Shown here: positions 38,806-52,989 of the stretch, in pieces
Layout of the letters: the number at the start of each line of letters is the position of its first letter
Numbering within the stretch: position 1 is the stretch's first letter
NCBI RefSeq assembly: GCF_009914755.1
Contig: NC_060929.1
Origin: the human T2T-CHM13v2.0 reference genome, Homo sapiens
Length of the DNA: 64,000 nucleotides
Direction: 5' to 3' (one strand)
Notes under the pieces: model-generated
What the model saw: only the letters and a program-made list of their open reading frames with translations
Told to the model about the DNA's origin: nothing
The model's database searches: none
Position numbers and translations under genes: made by a program

Positions 38806-39335
38806 AAACATTCCTTCATGATCTTATTTCCTTTTAATAAGATGGAGGTCACCTTTATTCTCATAAGATAGTAACTAACATTTACTGAGCACTTACTACA
38901 TGTCCAACACTGTGCAAAAATGTGAATTATTTCACCTAACCATTATAACCACTCTGTAAGTTAGGAACTGTTATTACCCCAATTTGTAGGTCAAGAAATT
39001 GAGACAAAGAGGGTTTAAACAACTTGCCTGATGTCCCACGTCTCTAGAGTCTACATTACTCTCTGATAAATAGTACTTATTACCATAGTTGTTACTCATA
39101 GGTAATCAGGGATTCCATTGGGTTATTACACAGTATGCAATACATTCTTGCTCTGAAGTCCCCAGTGTAAAGGACAGTCCTGAAAATTGGTACCCCCTGC
39201 CAAATGGGTCTTCTGCAATGAAATATTTTAGGACCTCTACGTTTTCCACAAATGCCCCAGGACAAATCCTTGTCTTTATTCACTTCAAGAAGCCCCGCTA
39301 TGTGTCTTAAAAAAAAAAAAAAAGAGAGAGAGAGA

Positions 39336-39755
<420 letters not shown>

Positions 39756-40745
39756 CTACCACCTCTCATGTTGTCCCTGCACCCGCTTCACCCCTGCCTG
39801 CCACTTCATCCTCCACATGGCAACCAGCACCAGCTTTTCACATGTGACTGTAGTCAAGTCCTGATGACCTTCATCAGACGTTGATGTGTCCCTACAGCGG
39901 CTCTCCCCATTGCCCTAACGATGGACACCAGCAGAATCTAACACATGGTCTCGTCTGTCTCAGCTCATGTCTCACTTTCCCTCATCTCTGGAATCCAACC
40001 ACACCAGGTTTTCTTCAACGTTAAAGCCTCCGTTTTAAGTGTCACTTACTTGGGAAAGCCTTCCTTGATGTCCCTAGACTAAGTCATGTCCTCCTGTCCT
40101 GTTCTACCACAGCACCAGGTGTCCTTTCTTCACAGCACATGCTGAAGTTGTAACTACTCATTTGTTAATGTGATGATGTATTAATGTAATTTCCCCACCT
40201 CACCCTCCATTGAACTATCAGCTTTATGAGAGCAGGCACCCAAGTTGATAAAGATGGCCTTGCCAGTGTCTACAAGAGTGTCTGGCACACACTATTCACT
40301 CATGCATCATTTGTGGAGGGAATAAAAGGAGAAAGGGAGAAAAGAAAGGAGGGAGTAAGGACATAAGGTATAGATTCAGCTGGAGAGGTTAGAGACACAA
40401 ACGAAGCTCAAATAGAGAAGGTTCAATACCCAAATAATAGAGACCAAGGCAAGTGACATAGGACTTCAAAAGGGAGATTACTGGGTGTAGAAACAAGTAA
40501 CAAAGACTCCCTGGAGGTAGTAGTGTGTGGCCTATCGTTGAACAAGGAAGAGGAAGATTCAGATATTCAGGTGGTTGGAATTTTAAGTGCTGGGTCAGAA
40601 AGGCACATGTAGGAACTAGCAGGAGGGCCGGGTCCCAGCCCTCAACTCTTTTTAGGAGAATTAAGCAACTCTTTTCTCCTTTTTCCTCTGCCTGTCTTAC
40701 CCCTCCTTCCTTGCCTTTTACAGCTAAAGCCTCCGTAGATAATAT

Positions 40746-41045
40746 TCTTTTTTTTTTTCTTGACCCAGAACCTTGCTCTGTTGCCCAGGCTGGGGTACAG
40801 TGGTGGGATCACAGCTCACTGTAGCCTCAGCTTCCCAGGCTCAAGTGATCCTTCTGCCTCAACCTCCTGAGTTTCTGGGACTAGAGGCATGCACCATCAT
40901 CCTTGGCTATTTAAAAAAAAAATTTATAGAGACAGGGTCTCACTATATTGCCCAGGCTGTTCTCAAATTCCTGGGCTCAAGCAATCCTCCTGCCTCAGCC
41001 TCCAAAAGTGCTGGGATTACAGGCATGAGCCACCATGCCTCGCCA
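40746..41045 (-). mobile_element. AluJ with TSD-like agataatattctt
   Basis: Antisense dimer with a flanking repeat. Confidence 0.88.
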
Positions 41046-42341
41046 TGCAGATAATATTCTTAAAACTACCCAGGCATTTTTACTTGTGACATTGAGCAGT
41101 CATGGGCTCTCTTCTCTTCATTCCCATGTCATTCAGTTGCCTTCCAGCTGGGCTTCTGCTGGCATTTGAAGTTTTTTACAGTCTGTTATCCACACAACAC
41201 CTAGAATGAACCTTAAAATTTTAAATCAGATACTACTTTCTACCTTAAAACCCTCCATGGCTATTTAGGGTATTTAAATAAATTCTCAACTATGCCCTTC
41301 AAGACCCTTCATCCTGTGGTCCCAGCCTGCCTTCTTTATTTCACTTCACACCACACTCCCTTTATGTGCTTCTGTCACATCTGCCTTCTTCCTGAACCAT
41401 AAGCACTCCAAGCTCAAGGTCTCAGCAGGGCCTTTGTACAGGGCCAGGACTAGGGTGAGACAAGTGAGACACACACATAAAATGGCACTCATTCTCAGGA
41501 TGCAGGATCTTTGCATTAGCTGTTTCCACTGTCTCAAACACCCCAGATTTTTGCAGGAGGGTTTGTTTGTTTGCTTGTTTGTCTGAAACATGGTCTTGCT
41601 CTGTTACCCAGGCTAGAATGCAGTGGCGGAATCTTGGGTCACTGCAACCTCTGCCTTTCAGACTCAAGCGATCCTCTCGACTAGCTGGGACTACAGAAGT
41701 GCATCACCACGCCTGGCTAATTCTGTTGTTGATTTATTTCCCATCTCTTCAAAGCACATAGATACCTTAGTATCTGCATTTATTTGTTAGGTTTATGGAT
41801 CTGCTTCCCTGTTTAATTTCTGTCTGTCCATCTAATGGAAGGGCAGTTCCATGAGAGCAGAGATCTTGACTGTCTTCTTCATCACAGTATCACCATCATC
41901 TAAAACAGTTCTGGGCACTGGTTAGTTGTAGTAGGTGATCAGTAAATATCCGGGGAATGAATGAAGGTCACATAACTCATGTTGCATTCAGAAAAGCATC
42001 TGAAAGCTAAAAATGTGGGCCTTGTCTAGCCACACAGAGACAAGAAAGGGCCCAAGCAAAGTACTTTGCAATTGAGACATGCACAGTTTGCATCTGTTTT
42101 AATGGAGTGTCATCATGAATTGATCTTTGCCTGTGTAATGTGAGGTTAATGTTTTATGGAGATAACCGTTGTATTGATATTTTCTTTTCTCACAATAAAA
42201 TTAGATTTGATTCCTACTGTTCAGGGACTGGTACACCCATTCATCAGTTTCTGCAGTAGAAATAGCCCACAGAGAAATACTATAAACACGAGAGTTTAGA
42301 TTCTGACTCAGTCTGAAAGAAAGCAGAAGAGCTCAGTTTCA

Positions 42342-42648
<307 letters not shown>

Positions 42649-43426
42649 AAGAGCTCAGTTTCTTGAACTACAAGCTCCATGTAAAACAAGACATGTAAAT
42701 ATCAAACGTGGAAATCGTGTCTACAAAAAACTATTTTAAAGCTCTTCGCAAATGTTCATGGACCAAATAGTAAATCCTCATTCCACCCTCATTTTCTTAA
42801 CGAACTAATAATACATTCCTCCCATTCATCAGTGAATTATGAGGCCTACTGGAAAAAGTAGACCTTCCAGGACATAATTTTCATCCAGAGGTCAGTTTGG
42901 GTTTGGCTTCATGACACTCAGAGGCCTCACTAAAAGTGATCCTAAGGAGAAAACAGGTCTGTAATGCCTTCCCATGCATATAAAAGTCCCCTTTTGGATC
43001 AACAGTCTTCTCAGTTCCTTGAAATTCAGTAAAAGTTTTCTGTATTTTAATAAAATAAGAGCTAGATACAGGTTCTTATGTCTTATGTTGCCATATAATT
43101 CCTATTAACCTAAAGTTATTTGTAAGTAGGCTTCTCATTATATTTTTCCTTTTCTGATATTTAAAAAGTCACAGAAATTATAACTGTTTGTTATAAAAAT
43201 TCAACTATAGGGATTTTTCCCCCCAAACTTCATATATTTTGCCATATCTTTATTATGATTATTATTGGTTTGTTTGTTTTTATTGACTCTGTATCAAGGA
43301 AACGTTTCTGTGTTGGTACATTTCAATTTATTCATTTGTTCCGCAAACATTTTGTAAATAGCTGCTCTGTGCCAGGCACCACGCTAGATGTGAGGAACGC
43401 AGTGGTAAGTAATGGAGGCAGGTGTC

Positions 43427-43489
43427 TTAGGTTGGTGCACAAGTAACTGAGGTTTTTAATTGAGGTCAATTACTTGTGCACCACCCTAA
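43427..43489. mobile_element. MADE1 (Hsmar1 MITE), internally shortened, inserted in L2
   Basis: TTAGGTTGGTGCACAAGTAA…TTACTTGTGCACCACCCTAA inverted termini. Confidence 0.85.
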
Positions 43490-44059
43490 TAGCTTGCATT
43501 CTAGGGGATGGGACAGACAGCAAGCAAGTGTATAACTGCATAGGGCAGATAGAGAATGTGGTAGGTTCTATGGCAAGACCAGGCAGCCACTCTGGCTGAA
43601 CTGGGAGGTGGGGTGGTCAGAGAAGGAATTTATAGCTAAACTGAAGTTTGAGGAAATAACTAGTTAAATGAAGAAATGGGAAAGAGCATTCTGGGCAGAG
43701 GGAACGGCAAGTACAAAGACCCTGAGGAAGGAAAAAGCTTGGCTTGCGTGAGGAACAGAGATTTGAACACGCAGAGTTCAAGAGAGGGGCACAAGACGAG
43801 GGGCAGAAGCCAAACTCTGCAGGCCCTTGTGGATCATGGCAAGGAGTTTGGATTTGATTCCAACTCCCATGAAAAGTTTCCAAGGTTGAAGCAGTGGGTG
43901 TGAGTCCCTCCATCTAGAAGTGAACTGACAGCTATGGGGTCAGCAGATTATACAATGGCCAAGAATAGAAGCCAGGAAGCCGGGTACAGTCTCCTGCAGT
44001 GGTCTCCTGGGCCATTGTGTAGTGTCCCATCCTACGAGTTGTTCTTCAGTTGTCTTATG

Positions 44060-44094
<35 letters not shown>

Positions 44095-44170
44095 TATTTT
44101 TGAGACGGAGTCTCACTCTGTCACCCAGGCTGGAGTGCAGTGGCACAGTCTCGGCTCACTGCAACCTCCG
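44060..44170 (-). mobile_element. Severely 5'-truncated Alu with TSD cagtKgtcttatgtttt
   Basis: About 70 bp of Alu 3' end plus (TTTA)n tail between direct repeats. Confidence 0.85.
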
Positions 44171-45889
44171 CAGTGGTCTTATGTTTTAACTTTTTTGTGG
44201 CATCCTTCTTCCTGGGGGTACTTTGTCCAGAATCATCTCACTCCATGTTTTGATGGGAAAGTGCCTGGTGTATAACCTGCGTCAGGATCAACACTGAGCT
44301 CAGATAGACAGTAGCAGCAAAGACTGAAACCAAATTAGAATTGAGTTAAATCAGCTTTGATTAATCTCAAGACAGAGCAAGGAATATTCTGATCCTCATA
44401 TTGTCAAAAAAAATTAATGAACCAAGTACATTCAGAATGTTTTCTATAATTTGGTCTGAAGACATCAATTTACTATCTGTGTCAGCACTGGTCTTTTCCC
44501 TCATGCAGATGTATCTTTTGCAGAGTTATAATCATAATGCATGACAATTTTATATTCTACTTTTCTATCTATTCTTTCATATAAATGTATTTCCATATAT
44601 CTACAATGCCTCCAAAGTAATCATTTTTCATATATATGATTTTTTAATGGTTGAGTCAGTTCATTGCAAGAACATGCTTATCTATTTTATATACGTGGAG
44701 GAATAGGTGAACTTATCTGTTAGCTATGGTTCAACATTCAGGTTGTTTCCAGGTATAATGAAAACACCAAAAAAAAGCAGTATACATAATATAGGGCTGT
44801 CTCATTTTTAAAATCAGCTTCTTAGGATAGAGTGCCCCAAATAGGATAATTGTGTCACAGGATAAGAACATTTTCTGGTCTTGATCATTTATTGCTACAT
44901 CATCTTCCAAAGAGATTGAAGAAGCAGTGTGTGGGCCACCAAAAGCGGCACCATGTTTGTTTTCAGAACCATTAGAGAAGATTATGTTTCTAAAAAGGAA
45001 CTAATAGAAACAAAAGAATCTCACTGTTGTGATTTTCAAGTACTCCATTTTGAATGTTTTAGTGAGAGAGAGGGGAAAATACGTGATCTTTTATACATAG
45101 GTGAGATGGTTTGGTTTAAAGTCAGTGTCACATGTATGTAGATGAACCCACCACCTGCATAGTTGGATTTAAGGGGTGCCAAAAGGTCTCCTACTCTGCA
45201 AAACCTGAATGCCCGAACTGACTGTCACAGAGTAGGGGTGGTCTGAAAGGTTCCCATGAATGAGCTCTTTGGGTTAGGTCATGAAACACCTTATCAAGGA
45301 GCAAATGAAATACAAGAAGGTGTCACAGGAGCCACTTTTGACTGTTCCGTAGAAGTTAGTTTTAATTTTAGACAGGGCCTATGACACTGAAATTCTCAGG
45401 CTGTAATTCCAGAAAAGCGGATGAGGTGAGCAAGGAACAACAGGGCAGCCTAATAGAAAAGAGATTTGGACCCGGGTCACCGGGCTAATTCTTTACTCTC
45501 TCTGGGATTTAGCTTTCTTGTCCATAAAATCAAAGGATTCAGCTGATCAATGCTTTTTCAAAATTTAAAAAACATTTTAATATAAAATTATACAAGCCAT
45601 CACCATCCCCACATATAAAACAGAGAGAAGTGGAAGTTCTCTGCTTGAAGCAGGGCAGGGAAACTGCCCAGAACCCTATGCCCCTTGGCCTGTCCCTTAC
45701 TTTCAGGGATCAACAAGTTATCTTCCAACTCTGTGACCCTTCCCCCTGGGGTGTAAATTGAATAGTAGAAATGAAAAGACAAAGCCAGTTTAGAAAGTCA
45801 CCTTGAAACCTCATTGTCCTCATCTCTAACATTATAAAGTTGGACTGAATGATTTCTAAAGACTCTTCCAGTTCAAAAACATGGAAACT

Positions 45890-46165
<276 letters not shown>

Positions 46166-47986
46166 CTTTGTTTTTAAGTGGAAATTGTGTATCTCTGCCA
46201 ATTATATCAGGAATTCACAAAAAGTGATGGAGATTAGCCAAACATGGAAATCTTTCCAGGAAGTAATACCTTTAGGGTGATTAATAACTGTGTGGCTCAT
46301 GAGAAAGCATGTTGTCAAAATACAAGCATGACCCCAAGAACGCACCCTAAAAATGAAGTCAGACATTTCATGTGTAACCAATATAAAATCTGAAATAATA
46401 ACAGCCAATATTTAATGAGTTCTCGCTGTGTTTCATAGCATCAAGGTTAAGTGTTTTATATGTCTTATATCATAAATATTCACAATAACCACATTCATTA
46501 TGTTATCCTATTGTTATCCCCATGTCATTTATGAGAAGGCTGAGGTTTATAGAAACTAAGTATCTCTATCTAGGTTACACATATAGGACGAATATTAAAA
46601 GTTGGATTAAATGTTCTTCAATGGACATTTTCAGATCTAAGCTTGTTTGGGTCTGATAAGTCTTTTAATAGAAGCTGAAAAGGCAGAGTTGGGGCAAGGA
46701 TTTGTTGGTGAGTTTCTAACATAATCCAATAGAGGTGTTGAGTCGGGACCAGCAGGCTTGCTCCAGATTGCCCAGCAGACTTACCCGAAAGACAGCAGAA
46801 ACATCATCAACAGCAACAATTTTTTTTAAAAAACCACAATAGTTAGCATCACTACAAGAAGAGGACTGAACACTTTGTTAAGTATTTTCTCATTTCCTCC
46901 TTACAATTCTTTGAACAAGATAAAAGTAAAATTTTGTTTTGGTGAGGAAGCAATGGAGCTACGAGGACGGTAAGTAATTTACCCAAGGAAGCAAAGTGAA
47001 AAGTGTAAAGGCAACAGCATGCCTTAGGACATAAGGATTCCCTATACTTTGCTCCTACATACATTAGTGTGACCTGTCCTGATATCTCTGTGGTTACCCA
47101 AGTAGAATTACATTTTGCAAGAAGGTAATTCTACTTACCTTCACGACTGCGAGCATCTCAGCCAGTTTCTCGCTGCGAGTTTGTGAATTCGCCAGTCTTT
47201 GGTGACTTTGCAGAGTGTGTTTCCATTCACCTGAACTCTATGGGCTGACAAACATGAGTTCCTGGACTTGTAAACCTGAGGATCTGTTCCTGGGGTGGCC
47301 TCTGACAAGGAAAGATGCTGTATCCGCCTCAGCACTATTTAATTTTCCAGATTAACAACTAATAGCAGCATTAGCCACTTATTGAGCCTTTTCTGGGAAT
47401 AACATTCTGGGAAAGCTATATCCAAAGTGGTAATACAAGGAGTACCAGGAGGAAAGTATTAGCCTAGCGAAGTGACCCAGAAAGGGAGTTTGAGGGAGCT
47501 AATACCAAACCTCACCCTTTTCCACAATCCATGCTGAGGCCATTTCCATGACAATGATCCAATTTGGTGTTTCCCAAAGTGGGGTACTATCAGGAGCACA
47601 CAAGATGGCACATGGACAAATCTGGTTTTAACATGTCTTTAATAGTTATGTATCTACTATAATTTATGTTAGAAATAAGTGTTTTAAAATTTATGGTGGT
47701 AATTTAAAGTTTCCTCCTAGAATAAATTTGTTTATGTGGAAAAAATAAGTCAATTGAAAGAATACTATTGAGCAGACAATACTATTTGAGGGAACTAGGG
47801 TATGGTAGAAATTGCCAAGCTAAGTTGGAAACTGAAGGCTGGGAGCACTGAATCCTTGGGATAACAACATGAATCATAATTCATTATAATTTGCTTTTAA
47901 GTAGTTCCAAGAGTGAAATGTAATAACCTCCACTGGACATTTGGAGACGCAGAGGTGATCCACAGAGTCCAGGGCACTTGAAGATA

Positions 47987-48025
47987 TTGGGTTGCTGCAA
48001 AAGTAATTGTGGTTTTTGCCATTAA
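47987..48025 (+). mobile_element. Half MADE1 / Hsmar1 TIR
   Basis: ttgggttgctgcaaaagtaattgtggtttttgccatta matches one MADE1 arm. Confidence 0.75.
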
Positions 48026-48896
48026 TAGATATAAGCACAGAGGAGCAGGGAAGATGGTCAAAAGAGATCCCAGGCCCCCACGTTCTGCCAGAGCACAGCG
48101 AGCAAATGAGCCTCCTGCCACAAACTGAACCCACATTTCTCTCAATCCAAGAAAAGGCTGTTCTAATTCCAAACAAGTTCATTGTAAACCTCAATAACAT
48201 GAAGTTAGTATTGTTCACATTGCTTTCCAACTGTGTTTCAGATTTATATAACTGGTTCCTAACACATAATTAACTGCTGTTGGAATGAATCTTTGTCCCC
48301 TTGCCTCCGTGCCTGCTGGACTTCATATCTGTGTATTAATAGTCACTTTTGTTTGGCGATCTTGTGAAAAATGCAGACTAATTTTTAATCCTTAAAGAGA
48401 TAATACATTCACATAATTTTATTTTTATTTTTTCAGATAATGGCCTTTCGCCGTGTGGCACATTTCAATAATTTTAAAAAAACAGTTGCAAAATGTTATG
48501 CAGTGACAAATCTCCCATCTTTGTCCCAAGTCACATTGCTGTCCTACATCACAGCAACCACGATAGTTAATTTCTTATAAGTTCTTCCAATAATACTTTA
48601 TACATATACTTGTAATACTAATAAACATTCTTCTTTTCTTCCTTTTTAAATAGTAGTAACATACTCTGCACACACTTCTTAACTTTTCTTTTAGTTGGTT
48701 AACAATGTATCCTGGAGATTGATCCACACTGATACACAAAGATATTCTTCATTCTGTTTATGGTTGCATAATACTTCATTGTATGCATGAAAAATTTCTT
48801 TTAATGAAGGTTGGTCTGTTTCCAGTTTTTGTTATTATGCACAATGAGAAATGAACAGCCTTGTAGATGTGTCATTTTCCATAAATACTTTTATAA

Positions 48897-49111
48897 CAGT
48901 GGTTCTCAACCAAAGGTGATTTTGCCCACCAGGGGACATTTGACAAAACCTGGGGAAATTTTTGGTTGTTATAAGTGGGGAGGAGGGTGCCACCAACATC
49001 TAGTGGGTAGAAGCTGAGGGTGCTGCTAAATATCCTACAATTCACAGGACAGACTCACAACAAAAAATTATTCAGCCCAAAATGTCAATAATGCTGAGGC
49101 TGAGAAGCTCC
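48897..49111 (+). mobile_element. MER20 hAT-Charlie DNA transposon
   Basis: cagtggttctcaacc…ggtgattttgccc…ggggacatttg…catctagtgggtaga…gctgctaaatatcctaca…aatgtcaataatgctgaggctgagaa. Confidence 0.88.
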
Positions 49112-51693
49112 AGTCTGTAGAAAACATTTCTAGAAGTGGAATTGCTGAGTCAAAGGATATTTGCATCTGTTATTTTGTTGACTATGAGCAAATTACTCTC
49201 TACAGAAGTTGTACCAGTGAACATTCCCCAGGGCCACATGTGAGAAGCATGTTTTCTCAAAACCTCACAAACACCATTATCTTATGTTTTGATCTTTGCT
49301 AATCTGATAGGGGTTTAAAAAATAGTACTTAAGTATAATTTATTTGCATTTCTGTTGTTATAGTGACATTAAGCATCTTTCCATATGCTTAAATATATTC
49401 CTTTTGTTCATTTTCCTATAAGTTTATTAGTATTTTATTTAATTTGTAGGAGCTCTTTAACTACCAGCTAAACACTTTGGGCAGACTAGTTTTAACCTAC
49501 ATTTTCATTGTCAAGAGATTTTTATCCACCTGCCAATTTTTCTGGAAATCTTATTCCAAATCATTTCCATTAAAAGTTTTGTCATAGGGTTCACAATAAT
49601 CACTTTCTGCTGCATACTTGGTTTTACTTGCTGTTCCTTCAATCAATTAACAGATATTAATTGAACATCGCCTCAGTGCAAGCAGTTATTTCCTGAAATG
49701 CAATGAAGTTTTTATGCACTTATGTATTTTGGCTACTGGTCCTTCAGTGCTTAAAAAGAAGACACAAAAAATACGTTCTTTCAAACTCATTTAACATTTC
49801 ATATTTCTTATTCTGGGAGGAAGGTCTTTGAAGGAACATTCACAGCTCAGAGATACTGACAGAAACAATACAGAGGATGCCTTGAGAATCTACTTTATGC
49901 TTGGAAAATATCACTTAGTTCTTGCTCCTAATTTCCACATAAGTCCTTTTCTCTCTGCTCCCTTTTGTAAGAAAATCTAAACACACATGTTTTCAACATG
50001 CTAGGATCATGTTACCTTGTTCTAGTAAGAATGGGGCTTGGACATTATTCCTGAGTTATCATTTCACTTATAAGATAAATATACCCATATAAAAGCACAC
50101 TGAATTACTTTATTAGAATCTATGAAGAAAAAGGCTATCCCTCAAGAAGAACATGAGAGAGACTGTCATGTACTTGAACCCCCATGGATACAGATGAGCA
50201 GGTGGCAGGTGCTCTCTAGCTGCTGCTCACTGCTAATGGGGTTATGCGGTTTCAAGGGCGTGCATCATTTCGCACACCCAGCATTTGATGCATACCCCTT
50301 ATTCCTCTCCCATAATCATCTAAGTTGACACTGTGATGTTTTTGAAACTTCTAACTGTATTAAAATATTATTTTCATTTCTCTGCTTTTCCTCCTGCTTC
50401 ACACTCTCTGTAAAAACTTCAAATATCATAAGAATATATAACTTTGTGAAATTCTGCCACAGTGGAACCTACAACAAAGAACCAGTGTTAGCAGCTTGGA
50501 ATGTTTTTCTTCTTGTATTATTTCTTTGGATATTGCATATACTAATACATAATCTCTTCTTCCAAAAAAGATGCTCCATCTGTTGCTTTAAATCTGCTCT
50601 TTAACACTTGGTATATACTTTTGTCCCTCTGTATAGATGAACTTTATTATCTGTTAATGGTTACAGAGTAGTCATTATGTATGATGACGAATTTAACCAT
50701 ACACAGATGGATGTTTAACCATAACTAATTTAACCATTTGTCTATTGATGGATATTTAAGTTTTTCCAGTTTATTTTAGTGTAATAAATAATGCTTCTGT
50801 GAAAATCCTTTTTATTACATCTTTATATATTTTGAACAAATGTTTCCATAGAATAAATCAGATCAGGGAAATGTATTTATTCATTTTAGTTAACTGTTTT
50901 TAATATTATAAAAGAAATACACATTCATGGCAAAATATTCAAAGAGTACAGAAGGATACAAGGTAAAAAGAAAAGCTCCTTGGGAGGCCAAGGCGGGTGG
51001 ATTGCTTGAGACCAGGAGTTCAAGGCCAATCTGGACAACAGAGCAAGACTCTATCTCTTAAGAAAAAAAAAAAAAGGAAAGAAAGAAAGCTCTCTTCACA
51101 CTCCCTACTCCCAGCCCCCAGGACCACCCACACAGGTATCTGCTCTTCATAGTTTCTTATGAGAAAACACATTTTAATAGATGATCCTAAATTGCCCTCT
51201 GAAAACCGTATGTAAGAATAATTCTTTTTCTTTTCTTTTCTTTCCTTCTTTGTTCCTTTCCTTCTTTCCTTTTGAAAAGTCTCACTTTTTTCATTTGGGT
51301 GGCCAGGGTGTTACTATTTTCAAATGGCAGGTTTTAAAGGAAGTGAAATTGTTTTCCTCATAGCACATCCAGCCACATGGTAACCCACAGTGCGAAATGC
51401 TGAGGTGGAGAAAGCCAGCCAACGGTGGGCCAGTGATGAGTAAGAGGTCTTATGGAAAAGAAGAGAGAAACGAAGGCAGGTGTGGGATGGATCAGTTTCC
51501 TGGCTTTAAGGTGGTCCAGGGAGCCTTGAAATTAATGGTCTTAGCTCCAGACTTTCCCAGAGCTTTAGAATAGAGGGAGGTTAGGTCTAGCTGAAGATGG
51601 GCTGGGGAGGGAGGAACTAGGAACAGCTCATTGCAAATTGCTCTGGTGTTTTACAAGATGCTAATTTTTCCATAGAGACAGTAATGAGCACAT

Positions 51694-51998
<305 letters not shown>

Positions 51999-52820
51999 TA
52001 GCATTTGCTAGTAGGTTTATGTAATTTTAAAAAATTCTCTTAATTAACTTAATGATTCAGAGACTATTCTTATGTCGCTTTTGAAAAATGAGGCAACTGA
52101 GAGGTTGAGACACTTGCCTCAGGTTGCACAGCTGATAAGGAATGAGGTTAGGATGCAAACCTGAGTCTGCCCTACTTGAAAGCTCCAGTTCTCCCCTACT
52201 CTGCCTTACCAGAGGAGAAAGCTGAAAACTGCTATTTTTTTAGAAACGTGGAGATGTCCTTTTCTCATGGGTAGCAGACACATAACTTCTCATCGACACA
52301 TTTGCTGGGCTAGTCCAGCAGCAAAAGAGCCAATGTTGTTGGAGCAAAGAGGAGTGGCTATTCTGAGGAACCAGGGAGTGTGTTCCACCTTTGCAATCCA
52401 GCATAAGCATTGCTCAGTCAAATGGGACAGAAACAAAGCTCTGCGAGTCCATGGCTTGGTGAAATGGGTCACACAATTGATTTTCCAGCACTGAGTTCAG
52501 GGAATGATAGTCTTCTGTGGAAAGTCCCAGCAAGTGCTAAGCCAGGAAGCATAGTAGTTAGGTTATCAGGCTCTGGAGTCATAGAGTGGAGCTTGTACGC
52601 TGCTCTTCTATGTATTAAGAGGGTTGGCCTCTGTGAACTTCAATTTTCTCATCTATAAAATGGGGAGATAATATGTTGTAGGATCGTGATGAAACAGGAT
52701 GGAATGTTGAATGCCTGGAATATAGAAAATGTTCAAAAATAGTATCATTTTCATGTTTTTTCCTGCTTCTCTCTTTGAAACTTATAATCCAAGCTCTATT
52801 TCATAAAAATATTAACATAA

Positions 52821-52989
52821 AAAGCCGCCCTGCCCCCTCATCTATCTATCAAGCAATGCACATTTATGGGAAACCTGATGCTGACCCATTTGTAAACAAC
52901 CTGTTTCTGGGTTGGGGTTTTGTACATAGCAGAGCAGCTCCTTCTCTGTGAGATCTATTGAAAGTCAGCCCTTAATACAAGGGTTTGTT
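52821..52989 (+). pseudogene. Retroposed fragment of the 28S rRNA 3' end (LSU-rRNA / SINE28-type)
   Basis: gggaaacctgatgctgacccatttgtaaacaacctgtttctgggttggggttttgtacatagcagagcagctcc…gatctattgaaagtcagcccttaatacaagggtttgt is a CpG-decayed copy of the 28S terminus; followed by an A/G-rich tail and flanked by an 18-bp TSD. Confidence 0.92.

Noticed and set aside
48405-48475. Short CpG-containing insert with a T-rich tail, possibly a small-RNA retrocopy
   Set aside because: Only ~30 informative bases; most like a degenerate Alu/FLAM fragment and cannot be assigned.
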